Below are positions 7,507 to 15,117 of a DNA stretch of 20,000 nucleotides, piece by piece. The translations under genes were made by a program, and so were the position numbers. The stretch lies in the IMG/VR virus record IMGVR_UViG_3300020576_008020. One strand, 5' to 3'. This DNA is from an uncultured virus (IMG/VR IMGVR_UViG_3300020576_008020) (lineage: Duplodnaviria > Heunggongvirae > Uroviricota > Caudoviricetes). The first letter of the stretch is position 1. Each line of letters begins with the position of its first letter. Under the pieces are notes generated by a model, which saw only the letters and a program-made list of their open reading frames with translations, was not told the origin of the DNA and did not search any database.

Positions 7507-8403
7507 ATGAACAGGCTCAGTATAGAAGAAAGAGCAAAAATAATTAGGATATTAGTAGAAGGAACAAGCCTTAGAGCTTGCACCCGTATTTCCGGGCTAT
7601 CCTACAACGCAGTGAAAAAACTGCTGATTGATGTTGGTAAAGCCTGCCAGCAATTCCACAACGATAATGTAGTGAATGTTGCCGCTAAGAAAGTACAATG
7701 TGACGAGATTTGGAGCTACGTTTACTGTAAAGACCGCAATGTGGACTTTTGCACAAAGAAAGACGAACAGCACGTAGGGGATGCGTGGACATGGGTAGGA
7801 ATAGACGCTGATACCAAGCTGGTAATTTCATGGCTGGTAGGTAACAGGGATGCAGATTGCGCACATGAATTCATGCTCGATGTAGCAAGTAGGCTTAGGA
7901 GCAGGGTACAACTATCCACCGATGGCTTTAAGCCTTATTTGCGGGCGGTAGAAAACGCCTTTGAAGATGAGATTGACTACGCCATGCTCATTAAGACGTA
8001 TGGGCAGCCAGAGGGTGGCAGCAACGAAAGAAGGTATAGCCCTGCCGTTTGTACAGGAATAACAAAAAGGTGGGTGTCTGGCGACCCTGTTGAAGAAGAT
8101 ATATCCACCAGCTATATAGAACGTCAGAACCTCACTATGCGTATGCATATGCGCAGGTTCACAAGGTTAACCAACGCATTTTCCAAGAAAATAGAGAACC
8201 ATTGCCATGCTATTGCCATCCACTATGTCTATTACAACTTCATCAGGAGGCATAATACACTAAAAGTTACCCCCGCAATGGCAGCAGGGCTAACTTCCAG
8301 ACCAATGACCATAGAGGACATGGTTCGCATGGCTTACGCTGATGAAATAGCAAAAGAAGAAAAGATTAAAGCCCGATACAAACGTCCAGCCCCGGCAGTC
8401 TAA
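7507..8403 (+). CDS. IS1-family DDE transposase (298 aa, single ORF)
   Basis: N-terminal HTH (EGTSLRACTRISGLSYNAV); catalytic motifs QCDEIWSYV, STDGFKPY, TSYIERQNLTMR, followed by RRFTRLTNAFSKK and TPAMAAG. Confidence 0.92.
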   Translation: MNRLSIEERAKIIRILVEGTSLRACTRISGLSYNAVKKLLIDVGKACQQFHNDNVVNVAAKKVQCDEIWSYVYCKDRNVDFCTKKDEQHVGDAWTWVGIDADTKLVISWLVGNRDADCAHEFMLDVASRLRSRVQLSTDGFKPYLRAVENAFEDEIDYAMLIKTYGQPEGGSNERRYSPAVCTGITKRWVSGDPVEEDISTSYIERQNLTMRMHMRRFTRLTNAFSKKIENHCHAIAIHYVYYNFIRRHNTLKVTPAMAAGLTSRPMTIEDMVRMAYADEIAKEEKIKARYKRPAPAV

Positions 8404-8408
8404 GACAC

Positions 8409-8438
8409 AAAACCCGCAGTTGATAGCTGCGGGTTTTT
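8409..8438 (+). terminator. Intrinsic terminator (probably bidirectional)
   Basis: AAAACCCGCAG / CTGCGGGTTTTT just after the transposase stop. Confidence 0.8.
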
Positions 8439-8452
8439 CTCTAACTTTATGC

Positions 8453-8493
8453 TTTTTGTTAAAATACGTTAACATTCAAAAGGACGCACTACC
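8453..8493 (-). repeat. Right terminal inverted repeat
   Basis: Ends ...TTAACATTCAAAAGGACGCACTACC; reverse complement of 3550-3590 with 2 mismatches. Confidence 0.93.
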
Positions 8494-8501
8494 AAAATAG
8501 G
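8494..8501 (+). repeat. Target site duplication, right copy (AAAATAGG)
   Basis: Identical to 3542-3549. Confidence 0.92.
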
Positions 8502-9342
8502 TTGGGTGCGAGCTTATATTGACCGGGAGTTTACAGGAACGATAAAAACCACTACAGTAACAAAAAATGCCAGCGGAAAATACTATGTAAGCATTTTAGT
8601 CGAAAACGGCATGGAGCTACCTGCAAAGCCAGCAGTTCACCCACAAACAACGATTGGCATAGACGTAGGGGTAAAGAATATTGTAACTTTTAGCGACGGT
8701 ACCACCATTGCCAACCCGAGAAACTTCTTTAAGTACGAAGAGCGGCTGGCATTACTACAGCAACGACTTTCTCGCCGGGACAAAAACCGTTATCCGGATG
8801 AAAAAGATAAAAGCAGTAGGCGCCGGCGCAAAGCGCAAATGGCCGTTGCCAAAATGCACCAGAAAATACAAAATACCCGGAGTAATTTACTGCAAAAAAT
8901 TACCTCAAAAATTATTAGCGAGAACCAAACTATAATCATTGAGGATTTGAATATAAAAGGCATGACGGCTACCTGTAAACCAAAACCTAACGAAGACAAC
9001 ACAGGCTTTCTTCCAAATGGGCAAGCCGCTAAAAGCGGCCTGAACAAATCTATTTTGGATGTGGGTTTGGGTAAGTTCTTTGATATGTTGGAATATAAAG
9101 CTGAGTGGCACGGAAAAAACCTCATTAAAATAGGCAGATTTGAGCCATCAAGCAAGCTTTGTAGTAATTGCAAGCACAAAAACGCAGACCTGAAGTTAAA
9201 AGACCGGGTCTGGACTTGTGTTAACTGCGGGACAGAGCATGACAGGGATGTAAATGCCGCGGTCAACATTAAGGAAATTGGATTGAAACAATATTATTTA
9301 CAAACAAAGTCAGGGCAGGGCATGCCCGTTGCGGACGTATGA
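8502..9342 (+). pseudogene. tnpB: TnpB 3' part (RuvC and zinc finger)
   Basis: IGIDVG, IIIEDL, CSNC...CVNC, HDRDVNAAVNI; joins the 5' part in frame as FPKIG|WVRAYIDREF. Confidence 0.92.
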
Positions 9343-9412
9343 GTTATAGATGTAAATCTGGGATTTCTACGTCAAGTCATCATGCTAGCTTTATGCTACC
9401 AGTAAGTATGAC
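9313..9412 (+). ncRNA. Putative TnpB omegaRNA scaffold / IS right end (boundaries approximate)
   Basis: Overlaps the tnpB 3' end; stems GGGCA/TGCCC (9313-9327), GACGTA/TACGTC (9334-9373), TAGC/GCTA (9386-9398), GTCAT/ATGAC (9376-9412). Confidence 0.45.
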
Positions 9413-9639
9413 AAGCCAAGGCTGCACCACAGAGCGCAAACCTTTGACTTCTAACTTTTTTGAGAGGGGGAATATTTAGAGCGGACCAAAGATAAGCTAT
9501 CTATTATACATAACCAAAATGACATTAACTTATTTTTATAAAAGTCACAAGCATTTAAGCATACGGTTACCTTTGACAAAACTAAGTTTCCGGACCAGAC
9601 AGAATAACCATATCTGATTTTATTTCATAATTTCGCATC

Positions 9640-9966
9640 ATGGTGGAGTATAACGGGGTGCGGCTATATAAATTTTATTTTTCCGGCATATCCATTCCGG
9701 TCACCATAGAGTCGCTGACGCTGGATGAGGCTAGGCGTACTATTATTAGAAATTGGCGAAAGCTCCACCCGCCATATCAGAAAAGCTACATTATTAACGA
9801 GACCGTGACTGTGCCACTGGAAGGGGTATCTACTAAGCTGGTAAACGGCATAGAATATACCTGGGTAGGGTACAAAAAGTCTAAAGATGGTTGGCAGGAT
9901 ACCGAAAGTCTTTCGAAAGAAGCTCGGGCTTTTGAGCAAATCAGCAAAATTCATAGATTAGACTAA
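9640..9966 (+). CDS. Hypothetical protein (108 aa)
   Basis: ORF with a TACCTTTG box at 9568-9575 upstream. Confidence 0.7.
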   Translation: MVEYNGVRLYKFYFSGISIPVTIESLTLDEARRTIIRNWRKLHPPYQKSYIINETVTVPLEGVSTKLVNGIEYTWVGYKKSKDGWQDTESLSKEARAFEQISKIHRLD

Positions 9967-10015
9967 AAATTTTATTATCTTTGAAGCACAACTACAGTAA
10001 CAAACATCATTATTC

Positions 10016-10267
10016 ATGCAGGTAAACTCACAGCCCAAGCCACAAACCCGGTTAGCTAAAATATTGCAGGAAAAAGGATTGAATCAAAAACAATTCAGTG
10101 CTCTTATCAAAAAAAAGACCGGCTGCGAAATAACCAACTGCAACATCAGCAAGCATGTAAATGGGCAAAAGGCCTTTATGTCTACGCAAACCCTCATGAT
10201 ATTTGCAGTCACCCTTGATGTTACTGCGGATTCCCTTCTGGATTGGCCGGCGCGTTACAAAAGATAG
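10016..10267 (+). CDS. XRE/Cro-like HTH regulator (83 aa)
   Basis: RLAKILQEKGLNQKQFS...ISKHVNG...TLMIFAVTLDVTADSLL; TATCTTTG box at 9976-9983. Confidence 0.8.
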   Translation: MQVNSQPKPQTRLAKILQEKGLNQKQFSALIKKKTGCEITNCNISKHVNGQKAFMSTQTLMIFAVTLDVTADSLLDWPARYKR

Positions 10268-10286
10268 GGTGTAGCTAACGCTAATT

Positions 10287-10302
10287 CGGCACGATTTTTG
10301 CT
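10287..10302 (+). promoter_or_regulatory. Sigma54 -24/-12 promoter
   Basis: CGGCACGATTTTTGCT (GG-N10-GC); -12 C is 32 nt before ATG 10333. Confidence 0.72.
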
Positions 10303-10332
10303 GCATATATACTTTAATGTCTTTTTCAGTTT

Positions 10333-10707
10333 ATGCAGAATTTTATTTCGGACTTTGAAGAAGCCTGCGCAAAGCTTGGTCGCAGCACTGTTCTTCCCGA
10401 CGTTTCCCAGTTTAATCTCCGCCTACGGGCTTATATTATTGCACTTCATAAGCTGAGTATACTTTTGGAGGTAAATAATGGTGGTGTAAAAATGAAAACG
10501 GCGGACATTAAACAGTGGAAGTTTTATCCACGGTTTACGATTATTCCCGATGCAAGTTGTTTGTTTGGTTTTCAATTGGCGTGTAACGACTTTGAATCCG
10601 ACCGCTCGTCTTCGCTACTTGGTACAAGCTTGGCCTGCGCAAGCGCGGAACTTGCAATATTTATGGGGAGAAACTGCACTGAATTATACGAACCGTTGAT
10701 GGCATAA
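10333..10707 (+). CDS. Bacteroidota phage-type hypothetical protein (124 aa)
   Basis: FEEACAKLG...KLSIL...WKFYPRF...AELAIFMG...ELY pattern that I recall from Bacteroidota phage proteins; not searched. Confidence 0.7.
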   Translation: MQNFISDFEEACAKLGRSTVLPDVSQFNLRLRAYIIALHKLSILLEVNNGGVKMKTADIKQWKFYPRFTIIPDASCLFGFQLACNDFESDRSSSLLGTSLACASAELAIFMGRNCTELYEPLMA

Positions 10708-10721
10708 ATACTACTTACGCT

Positions 10722-11237
10722 ATGAAAAGCCCCGATTTTGAAATAATACCGGTTGAAAACTACCAAAAGTATATTGACAAGTGCATAAGGCTAGCCTTGC
10801 AGTCTAAGTGCAGCCGGCGCAGGTGCGGGTCGGTAGTAGTAAATGTTGATTTTAAGCCAGCCCAGGTAATTGGTGAGGGCTGGAACAGTATGCCCTGCAA
10901 TGTCGATGGGGTGTGTTTTAAGGATAGCCTACCCGTTAATTTCAAGAGCGATAAGACCTGCTGTATACATGCTGAGCAGCGTGCCATTATGCAGGCTTTG
11001 CGTTATCCGGTAATGATAATAAATTCCCTGCTGTTCTTTGTCAGCATAGACGAAAATGGCAAGCCTGTTAATAGCGGCGAGCCATACTGTACTATTTGCA
11101 GCAAGATGGCGCTGGATGCCGGTGTGGGTCGGTTTATATTGTATCATGAGGATGGCCTGCGCTCATATGACACCAGGTATTACAACGAACTTTCTTTTAA
11201 ACATCAATATCAACATCAACATACTCCACATGGATAA
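10722..11237 (+). CDS. dCMP deaminase-like zinc-dependent deaminase
   Basis: SKCSRRRCGSVVV, GEGWN, HAEQRAI, EPYCTICSK. Confidence 0.88.
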   Translation: MKSPDFEIIPVENYQKYIDKCIRLALQSKCSRRRCGSVVVNVDFKPAQVIGEGWNSMPCNVDGVCFKDSLPVNFKSDKTCCIHAEQRAIMQALRYPVMIINSLLFFVSIDENGKPVNSGEPYCTICSKMALDAGVGRFILYHEDGLRSYDTRYYNELSFKHQYQHQHTPHG

Positions 11238-11907
11238 GTCATCGTCATTTTGTATTGTTATTCCGACCTACAACAGGTTTGATTTGCTGTTGCCTGCATT
11301 GCTGTATTATGTATTAAATTTTCCTGAAACAAAGATTGTTATTTACGACAATGGCTGCCAGCGCATAAAAGAAAGGCTGGAAGGCATTAGAAACGTGCGT
11401 GGAAATCGCAGGCAATACGAAAAGCTTTCGCAGGTAATTGTGCTGGGTGGCAATGGTAAAAACATAGGCGTATCTGCTGCCTGGAATATTTTGCTTCAGG
11501 AAGCTTTTGAAACGCATGCATGTACGCATGCGCTGGTGCTTAATGATGATGTGTATCTGGACCGTAATGAAATTTCGGTGAACTCTCTTATTGGCAACAT
11601 TGAGTTTCAAAACAATTTGCTGGTATGTCTTCCAACGTTTGATTGGAGTGTGTTTATTATGCCTAAGTACGTATATAATAAGGTCGGGCCGTTTGATGAA
11701 GGGATGTTCCTGTACTATAGCGATAATGACATGGCAGTGCGCCTGAAAAAAATAGGTATTGATGTTATACCGGTACCCTTTCTAAACCCCGCTGTTTTTT
11801 CGCGCAGCTCTACCATATTGCAAGCGCCGGAGTTAAATGAGCACATAGAAAGAGATAAGCAACATTATATCAGCAAGTGGGGCGGGACTCCGGGTAATGA
11901 GTTGTAA
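11230..11907 (+). CDS. Glycosyltransferase family 2 (about 225 aa)
   Basis: IVIPTYNR, IYDNG, NIGVSAAWN, VLNDD, VGPFDE, YYSDND; likely start ATG 11230, overlapping the deaminase 3' end. Confidence 0.85.
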   Translation: MDKSSSFCIVIPTYNRFDLLLPALLYYVLNFPETKIVIYDNGCQRIKERLEGIRNVRGNRRQYEKLSQVIVLGGNGKNIGVSAAWNILLQEAFETHACTHALVLNDDVYLDRNEISVNSLIGNIEFQNNLLVCLPTFDWSVFIMPKYVYNKVGPFDEGMFLYYSDNDMAVRLKKIGIDVIPVPFLNPAVFSRSSTILQAPELNEHIERDKQHYISKWGGTPGNEL

Positions 11908-11939
11908 TATAAAAAACGCTCAATAAAATATGACCAGTA

Positions 11940-12743
11940 ATGGCAGAAAAAACAAACATAAGCTGGACTGATGCGACCTACAACGTCGCTAGGGGCTGCA
12001 CGCCTGTTAGTGAGGGATGTGCTCGGTGCTACATGATGCGCGATGGCGACAGGTATAAGTACGATGGCAGGGTTGTGCAGAGGACCAAGACTGTATTTAC
12101 AATGCCGCTGAAATACAGACAAACCAAATCTGCTGTGTGGTCCGGTAGGCCATTGATATTTACCTCATCTCTTACTGATTTTTTTCATAAAGACATTGAT
12201 TCTTTCCGGCATGAGGCCTGGGACATAATCCGTAAATGCCCGCATCTTATATTTCAGATACTTACTAAGCAGCCAGAGCGAATAAAGGACCATCTTCCTC
12301 CGGACTGGGGAAAAGGCTGGGACAATGTATGGCTGGGGGTATCCGTCGAAAACCAGCGGCGCGCAGATGAGCGTATTCCTATTTTGCTGGATATACCGGC
12401 CAAGGAGCGTTTTTTATCGTGTGAGCCCCTGCTTGAAAGCATAGATATTACTATGTACTTGTATACCAGGTATATTATGGGCGGCCCGCGCCATGAAAGC
12501 AATCAGGTTTCCTGGGTAATTGTAGGCGGCGAAAGCGGCAATGATACCGGGAGATGGAAGTACCGGCCCTGTGATGATGTCTGGATAGCGCAAATTGTAA
12601 ATCAATGCAAATCAGCCAAGGTGCCTGTTTTTGTAAAACAAATGGGGACGCACATAGCCAAAAAGTATGGTATGACACGACACGGCGCTGATATAAATGA
12701 GTTTCATCCATTTTTGCAGGTACGGGAGTTTCCGGAGCCATAA
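11940..12743 (+). CDS. DUF5131 (phage Gp37/Gp68) family protein
   Basis: TNISWTDATYN, GCTPVSEGCARCY (CX6CX2C), FQILTK, NVWLGVSVENQ, FLSCEPLL, WVIVGGESG, FVKQMG. Confidence 0.9.
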   Translation: MAEKTNISWTDATYNVARGCTPVSEGCARCYMMRDGDRYKYDGRVVQRTKTVFTMPLKYRQTKSAVWSGRPLIFTSSLTDFFHKDIDSFRHEAWDIIRKCPHLIFQILTKQPERIKDHLPPDWGKGWDNVWLGVSVENQRRADERIPILLDIPAKERFLSCEPLLESIDITMYLYTRYIMGGPRHESNQVSWVIVGGESGNDTGRWKYRPCDDVWIAQIVNQCKSAKVPVFVKQMGTHIAKKYGMTRHGADINEFHPFLQVREFPEP

Positions 12744-12754
12744 AAAACATATTT

Positions 12755-13030
12755 ATGCATTTTTTTGATGAAAGGCTGGGGAAAATTAAAAAAGGTGATT
12801 GGCTGAAGGGAGCAGATGGACAGTCTGGCTTGGTCTATTCGTATGATAATATTGAATATAGAATTGTTTTCCATAACAAGCATAATTACCCCATAAGTAC
12901 TTATGAGCTTGCCAATTGGCTAAAAAACAATTCCAATGCCGAAAAGTGCAAAGCTGCATTTAATTATGAGCCTAGTGCTGGTGCGAGTAGTTTACTTTCA
13001 AGGTTCAAAGTAAACTTAGGGATTTCATAG
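12755..13030 (+). CDS. Hypothetical protein (91 aa)
   Basis: ORF in co-directional run. Confidence 0.65.
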   Translation: MHFFDERLGKIKKGDWLKGADGQSGLVYSYDNIEYRIVFHNKHNYPISTYELANWLKNNSNAEKCKAAFNYEPSAGASSLLSRFKVNLGIS

Positions 13031-13114
13031 TTTACTTTTGGTCGTTAAAATATTTTTTCAAATACTACCTACCTAACCGATTATTATTATATATTTGTTA
13101 TACAATCATAAAAC

Positions 13115-13369
13115 ATGCCAAAACTTACTGTAAAGCAATGGTTTGAAACCATAAGTGATGATTATATTCGTCATACCGCGCTAAAAAATCTGGAAGATTA
13201 TTTGAAGGTAAACAAAGATGCCAATATTGAGGTAGATAGCCTTCATGATGCCATTATGAATGGTTTCCCGCATTCCTTTACAAAGGATGGCGTGGAGTAC
13301 TGGGCAGACATTGAAGAAAAAGCGTTTAATGGAACGCTTGCTGTAATGGCCAGCCCGGTTTCTGCGTAA
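13115..13369 (+). CDS. Hypothetical protein (84 aa)
   Basis: ORF with TATATTTG box at 13090-13097 and A-rich leader. Confidence 0.7.
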   Translation: MPKLTVKQWFETISDDYIRHTALKNLEDYLKVNKDANIEVDSLHDAIMNGFPHSFTKDGVEYWADIEEKAFNGTLAVMASPVSA

Positions 13370-13423
13370 TTGTTGTTTTTTAAAAAGAAAAAAACTAACT
13401 TTTTTAAAATAAATTGTTTTTTT

Positions 13424-13585
13424 ATGGAAAATCTGATAAATGATATTAAGGGCAAGTCGCCAACCTTTTGGCTGGGTGTCATGGGTGTAGTCATTATAGG
13501 CTATCTGGCATATGTTGCCTATTATAATCCCGGAAGCCATAATCCATACCACAGTATCCCCGAAGATAAATTACCTCAATTCTAA
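13424..13585 (+). CDS. Small single-TM protein (53 aa, MENLINDIKGK...)
   Basis: In-frame ATG in track ORF 13370..13585; one hydrophobic segment. Confidence 0.55.
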   Translation: MENLINDIKGKSPTFWLGVMGVVIIGYLAYVAYYNPGSHNPYHSIPEDKLPQF

Positions 13586-13609
13586 TGCCGTTTTATTCTG
13601 TTCCAGGTC

Positions 13610-14245
13610 ATGCACATGCTTAATACCCTTTTTGACAAAATATACATTATAAATCTTGAGCGCCGACCAGAGCGCTGGGCACTGGCAGAGCAGGAATTGA
13701 AACGCTGGGGTATAGCCGCATGCCGGGTTGCTGCCGTTGACGGCAATACGCTTAAGGATGCCGGGTACCGGCTGGCGCTTGGGGCCGTAGGTCTGATAAA
13801 AACCAACATTAATATACTCCAGCATGCAAAAGCAAATGGGTATAAGCGGATATTGATTCTTGAAGACGATGTGGTATTTAGCCAGGAGATAAATAAAATA
13901 GGCGAGTATCTTGCCGCGGTTCCTGCGGATTATGACATGCTGTACTTCAGCGGCAATCATAATGACCATGTGGTAGGTGTTATGCCTCCACATGTCATCA
14001 ATGATAAAGTGCTGCGCGTGCATGAGACTTATAGTACGCACTGCGTGGCTATGCAGGAGCACATGTTTGATGTAATTATTAATGCTATCCAGCCCTGCCA
14101 TAAGCCGCTGGATGTATACTATACTGAATTGCAAAAGAAGCATAACGTATATTGCCTGAAAGGCCCTGTTCCTATAGCTACGCAGCGTGTGGGCTTCAGT
14201 GATATACTTGCTGAGCATGCAGATTATCAATGGCTAATAAAATAG
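13610..14245 (+). CDS. Glycosyltransferase family 25
   Basis: KIYIINLERRPER, AVDG, ILILEDD, YDMLYF, PLDVYY. Confidence 0.85.
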   Translation: MHMLNTLFDKIYIINLERRPERWALAEQELKRWGIAACRVAAVDGNTLKDAGYRLALGAVGLIKTNINILQHAKANGYKRILILEDDVVFSQEINKIGEYLAAVPADYDMLYFSGNHNDHVVGVMPPHVINDKVLRVHETYSTHCVAMQEHMFDVIINAIQPCHKPLDVYYTELQKKHNVYCLKGPVPIATQRVGFSDILAEHADYQWLIK

Positions 14246-14257
14246 TAAATAAATTTT

Positions 14258-14536
14258 ATGCAGACAATAAGAAAAGTTGTTAAGATTGGTGGCCGGGAAA
14301 TACCCCGGACTATGATACGTGGCGGCCAAAGAGAATGGCAAAATTTTCTAAACGCCTACGATATGACTTCTAATGGTATTGCGCGAGGTGAAAATTTTAG
14401 TCTTTATTCTGTGCTGCATTATTATATAAGGTACCGGCCTGTCAAGTACCGTAACAATCACAGCAGGAAGATAAGCAGGTCAGAGCGCATCGCGTATCGA
14501 ATGGTGTACACTAATGGAAAAACAAACTGGAGGTAA
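14258..14536 (+). CDS. Hypothetical basic protein (92 aa)
   Basis: ORF in co-directional run. Confidence 0.6.
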   Translation: MQTIRKVVKIGGREIPRTMIRGGQREWQNFLNAYDMTSNGIARGENFSLYSVLHYYIRYRPVKYRNNHSRKISRSERIAYRMVYTNGKTNWR

Positions 14537-14538
14537 TT

Positions 14539-14754
14539 ATGGAGCTTTCTTTTTCTTTTCTATATGTTGTATTTTTATTGTCTGTATTTGTACCATATGC
14601 TGTACTGTATGTTATCGCATATAAAATACTTCGTCTTGATAAGAAAATAAATGAACGTCATTTGGCGTTAATACTATTGTGTATAGCCATTTTTCTATCT
14701 CCTCTTCTTTTTTCTCCCATTTTTGACGTGGCCAGCTATTTTATTTTGTGCTAG
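14539..14754 (+). CDS. Small 2-TM membrane protein (71 aa)
   Basis: Hydrophobic ORF 2 nt after the previous stop. Confidence 0.6.
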   Translation: MELSFSFLYVVFLLSVFVPYAVLYVIAYKILRLDKKINERHLALILLCIAIFLSPLLFSPIFDVASYFILC

Positions 14755-14806
14755 TATGCAAATTGATTTTTTGTGTGTAGACATTTGCATGAGCAATGTT
14801 AAAGTT

Positions 14807-14822
14807 CGGCACGATTATTGCT
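14807..14822 (+). promoter_or_regulatory. Sigma54 -24/-12 promoter
   Basis: TTCGGCACGATTATTGCTGCA (14805-14825) is 20/21 identical to 10285-10305; -12 C is again 32 nt before an ATG (14853). Confidence 0.72.
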
Positions 14823-14852
14823 GCAATAATAATATTCTTTATTGCATTTTTA

Positions 14853-15110
14853 ATGGATATTTTATATACACCTCCGTCTACGTCTGCCCATAATGCTAAA
14901 GCTCAATTGCCGCCAGAAAATGCTGATGGCGATTTGAATCTTGCCAACATGGAGATACGGACAATAAAAAAAGCATTTAGGATATTTCCTAAAGACCCCG
15001 TAAAGGAAATAGCAAAAAAATTATGCATTTCCGAGCGCACTCTTAACAGGAAAATAAAGCAGTATAATCTGGGAGGTCCAAGGCAATTAAGGTATCCGGA
15101 TGTAAAATAA
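14853..15110 (+). CDS. Stand-alone Fis/NtrC-type (HTH_8) DNA-binding protein (85 aa)
   Basis: LNLANMEIRTIKKAF...KEIAKKLCISERTLNRKIKQYNL resembles the C-terminal HTH of sigma54 enhancer-binding proteins; no AAA+ domain. Confidence 0.75.
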   Translation: MDILYTPPSTSAHNAKAQLPPENADGDLNLANMEIRTIKKAFRIFPKDPVKEIAKKLCISERTLNRKIKQYNLGGPRQLRYPDVK

Positions 15111-15117
15111 AAAACGC

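Larger units (their letters stand above)
3550..8493 (+). mobile_element. IS1-family element with passenger genes (4944 bp)
   Basis: 41-bp terminal IRs starting GGTAGTG, 8-bp TSD, a single IS1-type DDE transposase at 7507-8403; inserted in tnpB. Confidence 0.92.

Noticed and set aside
8506..9342. Independent complete TnpB/Cas12f-like or nuclease-dead gene
   Set aside because: It is the 3' half of the gene starting at 3158, retains catalytic D/E/D and has no CRISPR array nearby.
10333..10707. Possible DGR target gene
   Set aside because: No reverse transcriptase or template repeat seen in the window.
14796..14852. Hydrophobic N-terminus making the HTH protein look membrane-anchored
   Set aside because: The stretch contains the sigma54 motif and an AT-rich leader; ATG 14853 has the same spacing as the twin promoter at 10287.
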